Assembly: GCA_965240335.1 (NCBI GenBank)
Contig: CBDEKM010000018.1
Location: forward strand, 73,417-137,416
DNA: 64,000 bases
Origin: a bacterium
Lineage (GTDB): Bacteria > JAAXHH01
Direction: 5' to 3'
Shown here: positions 27,804-37,134 of the stretch, piece by piece
Layout of the letters: every line of letters begins with the position of its first letter
Numbering within the stretch: position 1 is the stretch's first letter
Program-made: the position numbers and the translations under genes
The notes under the pieces: model-generated
The model's input: only the letters and a program-made list of their open reading frames with translations
Database searches by the model: none
What the model was told of the DNA's origin: nothing

Positions 27804-27872
27804 GTATGGGCGTGTGATCCGCGCGTGTTTTTTCATACCCTGAATGTAATTTCATATCCTGGGATACCGATT

Positions 27873-28958
27873 ATGGTCAGTCTGACACTCCGAGGGATCA
27901 CCCGAAAATTCGGTGAAGTGACGGCCGTTGACGACGTATCGCTCGAGATCGGAAGGGGTGAACTGTTCTTTCTTCTTGGTCCTTCCGGCTGCGGCAAGAC
28001 CACCCTGCTGCGTCTGATCGCAGGGTTCTACGCGCCAAACGCGGGAAGTGTCCATTTCGACGATCAGGACGTGACCCGTACGCCTCCCCACCGGCGGAAC
28101 ACGGGAATGGTTTTCCAGAACTACGCCCTCTGGCCGCATATGTCCGTCTGGGAGAACGTGGCCTATGGACTCGTCCTGCGCAAGGTGTCGTCCTCAGAAC
28201 AGAATGATCGCGTGTCGGAGGCCCTGAGGATGGTGCGGATGGACGCCTACAAAGAGCGGTCGCCGAACCAGTTGTCCGGCGGTCAGCAGCAGCGCGTGGC
28301 CCTTGCCCGGGCCCTCGTGATCCAACCCGACGTGGTGCTGCTCGACGAGCCCCTGTCCAACCTGGACGCCAGGCTTCGCCTCGAGATGCGCGACGAGATC
28401 CGGCGCATTCATGACGAGACCGGTACGACGATGATCTATGTGACCCATGACCAGAAGGAAGCGCTCTCCATGGCGGACCGCGTTGCCGTCATGGACCTGG
28501 GGTCCGTTGCCCAGACCGGGCCCCCGCGTTCGATCTACACCCGGCCCGCGAGTGCTTTCGTCGCAGACTTCATCGGAGAGACCAATTTCGTGGCTGGCAG
28601 CCTGACGTGCGCGGAATTGCCCCTGGCCGTAGAGACGGCGGAGGGGGTAATTCATTCGAAGATCGCGCCTGCCGAAGACCTGTCGCCGGGCGACGAAGTG
28701 GTCTGCTCCATACGGCCGGAGGTCATTCGGATCTCGGATACGGACAGCACGGCCGGCGAAGATGAAAACGTGATGGATGGAGTGATCCAGCACTCCGTGT
28801 ACCTGGGCGACCACGAGCAGTATTCGGTCCGGCTGCATGACGGCACAATGATCAAGCTGGTGGACCATCTACCCGGCCAGCGCCGTGCAGGCCCCGGTGC
28901 GCCCATCCGGTTGAAATTCGACGCCTCGCAGGTCGTCGTGCTCGGGAAACCGGGATAG
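27873..28958 (+). CDS. ABC transporter ATP-binding protein (FbpC/PotA type)
   Basis: ORF 27825; ATG 27873 (MVSLTLRGITRKFGE...); Walker A GPSGCGKTT, signature LSGGQQQRVALARAL, Walker B VVLLDEP; C-terminal TOBE-like domain. Confidence 0.85.
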   Translation: MVSLTLRGITRKFGEVTAVDDVSLEIGRGELFFLLGPSGCGKTTLLRLIAGFYAPNAGSVHFDDQDVTRTPPHRRNTGMVFQNYALWPHMSVWENVAYGLVLRKVSSSEQNDRVSEALRMVRMDAYKERSPNQLSGGQQQRVALARALVIQPDVVLLDEPLSNLDARLRLEMRDEIRRIHDETGTTMIYVTHDQKEALSMADRVAVMDLGSVAQTGPPRSIYTRPASAFVADFIGETNFVAGSLTCAELPLAVETAEGVIHSKIAPAEDLSPGDEVVCSIRPEVIRISDTDSTAGEDENVMDGVIQHSVYLGDHEQYSVRLHDGTMIKLVDHLPGQRRAGPGAPIRLKFDASQVVVLGKPG

Positions 28959-28979
28959 CAATACGCGGAGCGTACCCCC

Positions 28980-30681
28980 ATGCCCAGTACCCGATTCGAT
29001 CTCTCGGACCTGACCCCCGGTGTCGTCGTCATCCTGGGCGTTCTCGTCCTGTTCTTCGGCCTCTTCCTGTTCTATCCGCTCCTGCACGTCCTGTTGAACG
29101 CCTTCTACCTGGACGAACAGTTTTCCATGGAGTTCTTCGGGCTGATGCTGCAGAGCCCGGTTCAGCAGCGCGCCCTGATGAACAGTTTCGAACTTGGCAT
29201 CGTCACGACCGCCCTGACGACGATCATCAGTCTGCCCATGGCGGTCGCCCTCGTGCGGTACGATTTCATCGGGAAGGGCCTGCTGGGGGGACTCGCGCTG
29301 GTACCGATGATCATGCCCCCCTTCGTCGGCGCCATCGGGATGAAGCAGATGTTCGCCCGGTTCGGTTCGATCAACCTTTTCCTGCTCGAATCCGGCGTCA
29401 TCGACGCGCCCATCGACTGGTTCGGCGGCGGCGGATTCTGGGGCGTGGTGATCCTCGAGGCCCTTCACCTGTACCCCATCATGTACCTGAACATCGCCGC
29501 GGGGCTGGCCAACGTGGACCCGAGCCTGGAGGAGTCGGCCCGAAATGTGGGCGCCGGGGGTTTCCGCCTTTTTCGCACGATCACGTTCCCGCTGATGCTG
29601 CCCGGATACTTCGCAGGTGCTATCATCGTGTTCATCTGGGCGTTCACGGACCTGGGCACGCCCCTGATCTTCGAGTTCCGCGAGGTCGTGGCGGTCCAGA
29701 TCTTCAACATGTCCACGGACGTCCACGCGAATCCTATGGGTTACGCCCTGGTCGTCTTCGTGGTCCTGGTCACCCTGGCCCTGTTTTACCTCTCCAAGAA
29801 GTTCTTCGGCGGCCGCCACTACGAGATGGTTGCCCGCGGCCACGTGATGTCCGCCTCCAGACCTGCGACCTCTCTCGAGACCGTCCTGATCTGGGGCATG
29901 CTTCTGTCCATCACCGGCATCGCGCTGATCCCTCACCTCAGCGTGGTCCTTACCTCCATCACCGAACGCTGGTTCATGACCGTGCTGCCCTCCGACTATA
30001 CCACGGCCTATTACGGGCAGATCTTCGAACACGACCTGACCCTGCTTTCCATCAAGAACAGCCTGTGGTTGAGCGTGATGAGCACCATGATCGATATCGT
30101 CATCGGCATCACCATCGCCTACCTGCTGACCAGGCGGCGCTTTCCGTTTCGGGACGCGCTCGACGCCGTGGCCATGCTTCCCCTGGCACTCCCGGGTCTG
30201 GTACTCGCCTTCGGTTACATCTCCGGATTCTCGGGTACCGTCCTGGACGTCCGTATTTCCCCCGTGCCCCTGCTGATCATCGCCTACGCCGTGCGCCGGC
30301 CTGCCTTACATGGTTCGCGCGGCCTACGCCGGTTTCCAGCAGATGAGCGTCACACTGGAAGAAGCATCCATGAACATGGGCGCCGGTCCCCTCCGGACGC
30401 TCTGGAAAATCACCATGCCGCTCATCATCGCCAACGTGGCCGCGGGCGCCATTCTCTGCTTCTCTTTTGCCATGCTCGAAGTGAGCGACAGCCTCATCCT
30501 GGCCATCAAGGAACAGTACTATCCCATTACCAAGGCCATTTACAGCCTGATGGGCCGTATAACCGACGGACCCTACATGGCGAGCGCCATGGGCATGCTG
30601 GGCATGATCCTGTTGGCATGCAGTTTGCTCTTTACAGGTAAAGTACTGGGTAAGAGAATGGGCCAACTGTTCAAGGTGTAG
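28980..30681 (+). CDS. iron(III)-type ABC transporter permease, two-domain (FbpB/AfuB-like), interrupted by a +1 frameshift near 30297 (possible pseudogene or sequencing error)
   Basis: ORF 28980..30641 encodes a credible permease up to ...PLLIIAYAVRR and then nonsense. ORF 30310..30681 in another frame continues with MVRAAYAGFQQMSVTLEEASMNMGAGPLRTLWKITMPLI..., the conserved C-terminal half. Removing one C in 'cggcctgcc' (~30294-30300) restores ...AVRRLPYMVRAAYAGF... Confidence 0.6.
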
Positions 30682-30821
30682 AACCAACCAAACATGAAAA
30701 GCGTATAATAAGGCAGGAACGAGAGCGGCCGGATCCTCATCACGTGCCGGATGGGTTGCCACGCAGCCCGTGATGAATGTGGTTTCTCAGAATTAACCTG
30801 ATTCGAGTGGCGGCATGCCGT

Positions 30822-31628
30822 ATGTCCACCTTCAGTCTGGATAACAATCCAAAGCGTCAGTCCGCGTTTTCCCGCATACGTCAGATCCTAAAACGAACGA
30901 TGGTGTCCGGTCTGATTGCACTCATTCCGCTCACTATAACGGTCGCCGTTCTGAGCTGGTTGCTGGCCTGGCTGGATTCCTTCGCCGAACCGGTCATACG
31001 CGGACTGCTGGGGCTGGATACCCGCATACCCGGACTCGGGATCCTGCTTATGCTGGCCGTGATTTTCCTGGCCGGTTTCGTGGCCTCAAACGTGCTGGGC
31101 AGGAGGCTGATCACCTGGTTCGAAGACCTCATGATGCGGCTGCCCGTCGCGCGAAGGGTGTACCATCCGGTAAAAAAACTGTTAGACACTTTCACCATGG
31201 CGGGGGAGACTCGGATCTGGAAAACGGTCCTGGTAGAATATCCCCGGCGCGGGGCCTGGATGATCGCATTCATAGCCGGTGACATGCCGAGTGAAGACAC
31301 GCGTGAAGATATGGTGAGTGTCTTCGTCCCCAATACGCCCAATCCCGCGGCGGGCCGCGTGGTGATCGTGCCTCGGCGGGAGGTGATACCCGTGGATCTG
31401 TCCGTCGAAGAAGCCCTGGAATTCGTCGTGTCCGGAGGCACGGCCTTCAGCAACGAGCTGACCCTGCCTTCGCTGCGGGCAGGCGAACCAACGGCATCCC
31501 GAAGTGTCCATCCTGTTTCTGTATCTCGGACTGACCGTCCGGTACCCTCATCCCGGGCTGATCATCCAGCACCCACATCCCGGAGCGATCGGAGCGTACC
31601 GGTCTCCCAGACGGACGATCCGGTGTAA
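30822..31628 (+). CDS. DUF502 (COG2928) family membrane protein with Ser/Pro/Arg-rich repetitive C-terminal tail
   Basis: ORF 30777; ATG 30822 (MSTFSLDNNPKRQSAFSRIRQILKRTMVSGLIALIPLTITVAVLSWLL...) fits the DUF502 N-terminus; tail has SRTDRPVPSSRADHPAPTSRSDRSVPVSQTDDPV repeats. Confidence 0.7.
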   Translation: MSTFSLDNNPKRQSAFSRIRQILKRTMVSGLIALIPLTITVAVLSWLLAWLDSFAEPVIRGLLGLDTRIPGLGILLMLAVIFLAGFVASNVLGRRLITWFEDLMMRLPVARRVYHPVKKLLDTFTMAGETRIWKTVLVEYPRRGAWMIAFIAGDMPSEDTREDMVSVFVPNTPNPAAGRVVIVPRREVIPVDLSVEEALEFVVSGGTAFSNELTLPSLRAGEPTASRSVHPVSVSRTDRPVPSSRADHPAPTSRSDRSVPVSQTDDPV

Positions 31629-31768
31629 TTGCGGCTGCAACCGGTGTCATGGCCCACCGGATTCGTGTATCGAAGAAATTGGCAAAAGTCTTGTGTTTTC
31701 TTATCTTTAGGTGAATATTAATCATCAACATTTGTATAACATAACCTCCCCCCAAGGGATCCTGTTCG

Positions 31769-33331
31769 ATGTTCGATCTGGTCAACCTGATCAACCTGCT
31801 TGATATATTCATCATAGCGGCCCTGATCTACAGCCTCTACATGTGGCTGAAGGGTACCCGGGCGTATCATATCCTGATCGGCCTGGGCATCCTGGGCATC
31901 CTGTACAGCATTGCAAGCTGGAGCGGGCTGCTACTGACCAGCCAGATCCTGCAGTACCTCCTCGGTGTAACCCTCCTGCTGATCATCGTGGTCTTCCAGC
32001 CCGAAATACGACAACTGCTGGAAAAAGTCAGTCCCCTGGTCATATTCAGGATGCAAGGCAGCCCCATCTCCCGGCGCATACTGAAGGAGATTACCGAGGC
32101 CTGCTTCGAACTGTCGGAAAAACGCATCGGCGGCCTGCTGGTCTTCCCCCGGGCGGCCGGGGTCACGGGGGCCGTTCAGCATGGTGTCAAACTCGACAGT
32201 CTCGTGAGCCAGGAACTGATCGTCAGTATCTTCCATCCCTCGTCTCCGATACACGACGGCGCCATTATCGTGGAGAAGGACCGCGTGGTCGAAGCCGCCA
32301 CGTATCTTCCGCTTTCGACCCGCGAGCATCTGCCGCCCCGGTACGGCACGCGGCACCGGGCGGCGCTCGGCGTGTCGGAACTCGGCGATACGTTCTGCGT
32401 CGTGGTTTCCGAGGAAAGCGGCGAAGTTTCCATAGCGTCATACGGGGACATCTCGGCCATGGCAGACCGGGAGAAACTGTGGCAGGCGTTAGAGAAATCC
32501 CTGGTGCCTATCGAGATCCCCCGAAGCAGGCTGTCGCTCCGGGAAGCAATGGGCAAGATCGCCGCACTCTGGCCGGGATACCGGTTCAACCGGAGTAACC
32601 TGACCCCCAAACTGGCATCCATCGCGGTATCCTGTCTGCTCTGGTTCACGCTGATCGGACAGCAACGGTCCGAAATCGCCGTTACCGCCGCTTTGGAGTT
32701 CCAGAACATCCCGACTAATATCGAGTTGATCAGCAATTCGACCAGCGAGGTGATCGTCCGGGTGCGGGGACCCCAGGGGAGTATTTCGACGCTGACCGCG
32801 GACCAGGTGCGCGTTATGGTAGACCTGGACGATATCGAGCCAGGAACCCATACCATGCCGCTCACGGAGGCGAACGTGGAGTTGCCATTCGGCGTGGAAG
32901 CCACCTCGATCGATCCCAGAAGTCTGACCATAAAGTCTGACCGTATCGTAAACAGGCGGATAATGATCGATTACGATCTGACCGGGCAACTTCCCGATGG
33001 ACTGGAACTCGCACGGGATGTCATGGTAGAGCCGCCCTCGGTGCCGATCACGGGCCGGGAAATGGAATTGGACCAGATCGTGCGGATCGTGACGTCGCCT
33101 TCGATCGACCTTTCCGAGATTACGGCCAGCCAGATCTTCGACTGCCGGTTGACAATCTTACCGCAAAACCTGACGTATTCCTCTTTCACCATCGAGGACC
33201 GCGAGGTCAGGGTCCATATCGATCTGCAGCCAGTCGGCGATGGTCAATCGGTTTCGGGAGAAACCGGTGGGCTGACCGAGGTAGTGTCTTCCCTGCAGGC
33301 CAGCCTGGACAACCGGCTGAATTCACCTTGA
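31769..33331 (+). CDS. cdaA: diadenylate cyclase CdaA fused to a CdaR/YbbR-like regulatory domain
   Basis: 520 aa. N-terminal 3 TM + DAC domain (DGAIIV, RHRAALGVSE, TGT-type motifs). A single continuous ORF then continues through a TM segment (LASIAVSCLLWFTLIG) into ~230 aa of YbbR-like repeats. Confidence 0.8.
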   Translation: MFDLVNLINLLDIFIIAALIYSLYMWLKGTRAYHILIGLGILGILYSIASWSGLLLTSQILQYLLGVTLLLIIVVFQPEIRQLLEKVSPLVIFRMQGSPISRRILKEITEACFELSEKRIGGLLVFPRAAGVTGAVQHGVKLDSLVSQELIVSIFHPSSPIHDGAIIVEKDRVVEAATYLPLSTREHLPPRYGTRHRAALGVSELGDTFCVVVSEESGEVSIASYGDISAMADREKLWQALEKSLVPIEIPRSRLSLREAMGKIAALWPGYRFNRSNLTPKLASIAVSCLLWFTLIGQQRSEIAVTAALEFQNIPTNIELISNSTSEVIVRVRGPQGSISTLTADQVRVMVDLDDIEPGTHTMPLTEANVELPFGVEATSIDPRSLTIKSDRIVNRRIMIDYDLTGQLPDGLELARDVMVEPPSVPITGREMELDQIVRIVTSPSIDLSEITASQIFDCRLTILPQNLTYSSFTIEDREVRVHIDLQPVGDGQSVSGETGGLTEVVSSLQASLDNRLNSP

Positions 33332-33365
33332 CTTAGCGTTAGATCCCGCCCTATTTTCACATCCT

Positions 33366-34400
33366 ATGAGCATCCCTTCGTCAATCTGGTCAAAGGCGGC
33401 GTGGGTGTCTTGCGCCCTGTTGCTTTCGACCGCTTATGTATCCGCGGACACGGGACCGTCCGGTAGACTTACCCCGGTGGATAGCCCTGTCAATGCTCCT
33501 GCCCCTGCGGTGGACGGGGATATCCCTGATCCGGTTTCCGGGAAAGCTCCGTCCGATAAGGTGGACGGGTCGCCGGCAAAGGCGGACGCAACATCCGCCA
33601 GGTCGAGCTGGCACAGCGCCGGTATCCGCGTACGCGCCCGTGCCGCCCTTGTGCTCGACATGCAGAAGGGCGAGGTCATCTACCAGAAGAATGCCACGTC
33701 GCTGTTCCCTGTCGCGAGCATCACGAAACTGATGACGGCCGTGACCTACATGGGGATGAATCCGGACCTGGATAAGCCCATGAGCATCACGCGGAAGGAC
33801 GTCTACCGGGCGAACTGGACAAAACTGAGATTCAGGGAGCGGGTCTCGGCCCGGGATCTGCTCTACGCTACGCTTGTCGCTTCGGACAACGCCGCAGCGC
33901 GCGCGCTGGTCCGGGCGTCGGGTCTGACGATAGAAGCGTTCGTGGATCGCATGAATGAAACGGCGGCTTCGCTCGGCCTGGCGAACTCGCGATTTACCGA
34001 ACCCACCGGACTGGATTCAGGCAACATATCCACGGCGGTGGACTGTATAGCCCTTCTGTGGACCGCGCTCCAGGACGAATTGCTATCGGAAATCCTGCTG
34101 GCGAAGGAGTACAAGTTCGGAACGAACCGCCGCGTGCATACCATCAGGACTACCAACCGGCTGGTACGCGATACGACGACTCAAAGCCAGTGGGAGTCCG
34201 TTGGCAGCAAGACCGGATACATCCGAAGGGCCGGATACTGTCTCGTCCTGCGTGCCCTCGGCAATGATGGCGACGATATCTACGCAGTCATACTCGGAGG
34301 TCCGACGAGTAGAACCAGGTTCACGGACATGCGCCGCTTGCTGGACTGGAGCGTAAATACCGGCCGGAACGTCGGACAGCCGGCCGGAGTTGACGGCTGA
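33366..34400 (+). CDS. D-alanyl-D-alanine carboxypeptidase (S11, PBP5/DacA-like)
   Basis: 344 aa; signal peptide; SxxK (SITKLMT), SDN (ASDNAAA), KTG (SKTGYI). Confidence 0.85.
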   Translation: MSIPSSIWSKAAWVSCALLLSTAYVSADTGPSGRLTPVDSPVNAPAPAVDGDIPDPVSGKAPSDKVDGSPAKADATSARSSWHSAGIRVRARAALVLDMQKGEVIYQKNATSLFPVASITKLMTAVTYMGMNPDLDKPMSITRKDVYRANWTKLRFRERVSARDLLYATLVASDNAAARALVRASGLTIEAFVDRMNETAASLGLANSRFTEPTGLDSGNISTAVDCIALLWTALQDELLSEILLAKEYKFGTNRRVHTIRTTNRLVRDTTTQSQWESVGSKTGYIRRAGYCLVLRALGNDGDDIYAVILGGPTSRTRFTDMRRLLDWSVNTGRNVGQPAGVDG

Positions 34401-34474
34401 CGGGAAAATCGAGGTATTAACAAACGAAGCGCGTCCCGAGGGGCGTATCTTCGGCTACCTGGTAAGGAGCAAGT

Positions 34475-34642
34475 ATGTTGGCGACGATTGGTTTCAGCGT
34501 GATCGGCACGATAATCCTGGGTCTTGTTGCGATCGGCCTGGTCTATCTCATGGCCCTCACAGGGGGCGGCCAGCGCGTACGTTCCCCGGGGCGACGCTCA
34601 ACAGGCAGACCGCGGCCCGCAGGGGCCGGTGGTCGCAGGTAA
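34475..34642 (+). CDS. small (55 aa) membrane protein, hypothetical
   Basis: Not in the ORF track (<60 aa). ATG 34475 preceded by AAGGAG 6 nt upstream; MLATIGFSVIGTIILGLVAIGLVYLMALTGGGQRVRSPGRRSTGRPRPAGAGGRR; one TM helix plus Arg-rich tail; ends 16 nt before the DUF4159 gene. Confidence 0.4.
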   Translation: MLATIGFSVIGTIILGLVAIGLVYLMALTGGGQRVRSPGRRSTGRPRPAGAGGRR

Positions 34643-34658
34643 TACGGAGCTTCCCGCA

Positions 34659-35348
34659 ATGACCTCGTTAAGCCGGTACGTGGCCGCCCTCGTGCTATGC
34701 GGTCTCGCTTCCGGGTGGGCGCCCCACGCAGGGCGCGCAGACTATAGCGAAAACGGCAGGTTGACCATTGCGCGGATGAAGTATGACGGCGGGGGCGACT
34801 GGTACAATGACCCCGAAGCGATTCCCAACCTCGCACGGGAACTGCAACTGCGTGCGGGCATCGAGACAAATCTGGATCAGCGTGTCGTTACCCTGACAGA
34901 TGACCTGCTGTTTTCTTCACCGGTCCTTTTCATGACCGGTCACGGCGAGGTGAGGTGGACCGAATCGGAAGTCAGGAACCTGCGTACCTACCTGATGCGC
35001 GGCGGTTTCCTTTATGCCGATGACGATTATGGCATGGACAAGGCCTTTCGCAGGGAAATGAAACGGGTCTTTCCGGACAAGGATTTTGTCGAACTACCGT
35101 TCACCCACCCGATCTACCACATCATCTACGATTTACCGGCTGGCCCACCCAAACATCATGAGCACGACGGCAAGCCGCCCCAGGGATTCGGACTCTTCCA
35201 CGATGGGCGACTGGTGGTGTATTATACTTACGAAAGCAATGTCAGCGATGGCTGGGCCGACGAGAAGACCCATAACGATCCACCGGCGAAACGAGACACC
35301 GCCTTTAGAATGGGAATCAACATCATCGCTTACGCGCTCTACCGTTGA
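34659..35348 (+). CDS. DUF4159 domain protein
   Basis: ORF 34524; ATG 34659 (MTSLSRYVAALVLCGLASGW...) with GGAG upstream; signal/TM N-terminus then DUF4159-like region (…FMTGHGEVRWTESEVRNLRTYLMRGGFLYADD…). Confidence 0.7.
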   Translation: MTSLSRYVAALVLCGLASGWAPHAGRADYSENGRLTIARMKYDGGGDWYNDPEAIPNLARELQLRAGIETNLDQRVVTLTDDLLFSSPVLFMTGHGEVRWTESEVRNLRTYLMRGGFLYADDDYGMDKAFRREMKRVFPDKDFVELPFTHPIYHIIYDLPAGPPKHHEHDGKPPQGFGLFHDGRLVVYYTYESNVSDGWADEKTHNDPPAKRDTAFRMGINIIAYALYR

Positions 35349-35373
35349 CGCTGGAACACAGGGACGGTATACT
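35345..35373 (+). promoter_or_regulatory. strong sigma70-type promoter (TTGACG-N17-TATACT)
   Basis: ccgTTGACGctggaacacagggacggTATACTgaaacc; ~100 nt upstream of the 35478 ORF. Confidence 0.45.
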
Positions 35374-35477
35374 GAAACCTGAAAGGCGAAGTGAACGTCT
35401 AACTCTGTAGAAGACTTTTCGACCGGCGAAACGAAGCTCGAAAACCCACGAAGCAACCAGGGAAAAGGAGTGCCAAC

Positions 35478-35816
35478 ATGAACCTCTGGCAAACCATTAA
35501 ATCGGAACTGGACGGTCCATTCGAATCCGTGCGCAAAAGCCTGTCGGGCGCGTTGGACATGGCGGAAGACCTCACGCGCAGGGGACGGACCAAACTGGAG
35601 ATCCAGTCGGCCCGCAGCGATATCCGCAGCCAGTTGACCGAACTGGGCGGCCGCGTACACCAGATGGTGGTCGTGGACGGTATCACCGATGTGTCGGGCG
35701 ATACAGAGGTGAACGGCATCCTCGACTGCATCAAGGAATTGCAGGGTAGTATAGAAGACCGGGAAGAAGAACTGCGCCGCGAAGATGCGGAACGCACGGA
35801 GAAGAAGGCCTCCTGA
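35478..35816 (+). CDS. hypothetical coiled-coil protein (112 aa)
   Basis: ATG with AAGGAG 7 nt upstream; charged, helical, heptad-like sequence; followed by a rho-independent terminator. Confidence 0.65.
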   Translation: MNLWQTIKSELDGPFESVRKSLSGALDMAEDLTRRGRTKLEIQSARSDIRSQLTELGGRVHQMVVVDGITDVSGDTEVNGILDCIKELQGSIEDREEELRREDAERTEKKAS

Positions 35817-35855
35817 CGTAGATTCACCGCGTGCAGGTTTACCGGTTCCTACTGA

Positions 35856-35893
35856 CCCCGGCATGTCGCAGACGCATGCCGGGGTTCTTCTTT
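35856..35893 (+). terminator. rho-independent terminator
   Basis: CCCCGGCATG-tcgcagacg-CATGCCGGGG followed by TTCTTCTTT. Confidence 0.6.
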
Positions 35894-35978
35894 GGTATCG
35901 GTACAATTGAATGCTCGGGTGCCTCCCCGCATGCATTTCATGACGTATACGGCCATACCCGCAGTAGTCACGTTTCCC

Positions 35979-36006
35979 TTGATTTAATCCTCCTCCGCCT
36001 TACTAT
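35979..36006 (+). promoter_or_regulatory. candidate promoter for the sugar ABC operon (TTGATT-N16-TACTAT)
   Basis: Motif only; ~60 nt upstream of 36067. Confidence 0.3.
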
Positions 36007-36066
36007 TCCAGGACGTCCAGTCCACCACCTAGAACCAGGCGAACGCCTGGAACACTGACCCTGTCC

Positions 36067-37086
36067 ATGCTCCGTATCCTGCTCGGCTCCCAGCAAACGG
36101 GCTTGATCCTTGTCATCCTGCTGCTCGGCGTGGTACTCTCAATTTTCGCGGGGTATCACGTGGACCGCACGACGGGCGAACTCGTCAATAACTTCCTCAA
36201 TTCCCGTACCCTGATGCAAACTGCCACCGACGCCAGTTTCTTCGTGATCATGGCGGTCGGGGCGACCATGGTGATCATATCCGGCGGGATCGACCTTTCG
36301 GTCGGTTCGATCTATGCCCTGTCCGGGGTAATGACCACCATGGTCTTGCGGTCCTTGGCGCCGGACAGTCCCTTCGCGGTGGTCGCGCTGGCCGTCGTGC
36401 TGTGCGTCAGCCTGGGCGTTTTGTGCGGCCTGCTGAACGGTGTCATGGTAGTCGGACTCCGCGTGCATCCCTTTATCGTCACGCTTGGCACGATGTGGAT
36501 ATTCAGAGGCATTGCCTTTGTGGCCAGCGAGGCGGAGAGCATACTCGTGCCGCAGTCCCTTACCGATGCGATCAAGCTGTCCTTCGGTTCCGAAGCCCTC
36601 TATCCCATGCCCATGATCATCATGTTTCTCATCACGGTGGCCGGCGCCGTATACCTGTCGCGGACGGTCATGGGCCGCCATATTTTCGCAGTGGGCGGCA
36701 ACGTGGAGGCGGGCCGCTATGCCGGGCTTCGGATCAACCGGATCCTGGTTGGCGTATACGTGGTTTCGGGGCTTACCGCGGGCGTAGCCGCGCTGGTGGG
36801 CAGCAGTTACTACGGTTCGGCCTCCTGCGCCGACGCCACGGGATACGAACTTTACGTGATCGCTTCCGCGGTCGTCGGTGGCGCGAGCCTGCGCGGCGGC
36901 AGGGGAAGCGCGGTCAACGCCATGCTCGGCGCCATGTTGATCGTCCTGATCCGCCAGTCCATTCGTACCCTGCATCTGGACCAGAACTACGAATGGGTCG
37001 TGATCGGTTGCGCGATCATCATCGCGGTGGTCCTCGACCAGGTGAACCGGCGGCTCACGGCGCGCAGGCTGGCGGCGTCGAGTTAG
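36067..37086 (+). CDS. sugar ABC transporter permease (RbsC/BPD_transp_2 family)
   Basis: 339 aa; ~10 TM; ribose/xylose-type permease conserved region. Confidence 0.85.
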   Translation: MLRILLGSQQTGLILVILLLGVVLSIFAGYHVDRTTGELVNNFLNSRTLMQTATDASFFVIMAVGATMVIISGGIDLSVGSIYALSGVMTTMVLRSLAPDSPFAVVALAVVLCVSLGVLCGLLNGVMVVGLRVHPFIVTLGTMWIFRGIAFVASEAESILVPQSLTDAIKLSFGSEALYPMPMIIMFLITVAGAVYLSRTVMGRHIFAVGGNVEAGRYAGLRINRILVGVYVVSGLTAGVAALVGSSYYGSASCADATGYELYVIASAVVGGASLRGGRGSAVNAMLGAMLIVLIRQSIRTLHLDQNYEWVVIGCAIIIAVVLDQVNRRLTARRLAASS

Positions 37087-37134
37087 ACCCGGTAGGAGAT
37101 AGATCCAGGACCCTCTGAACCCGTTCAGAAAGGA

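Noticed and set aside
28869-30032. 387-aa minus-strand ORF
   Set aside because: Antisense to the iron ABC ATPase/permease genes. Low-complexity charged sequence
35133-35936. 267-aa and 142-aa minus-strand ORFs
   Set aside because: Overlap DUF4159 and the promoter/terminator-bracketed 112-aa gene on the opposite strand. No RBS or motifs
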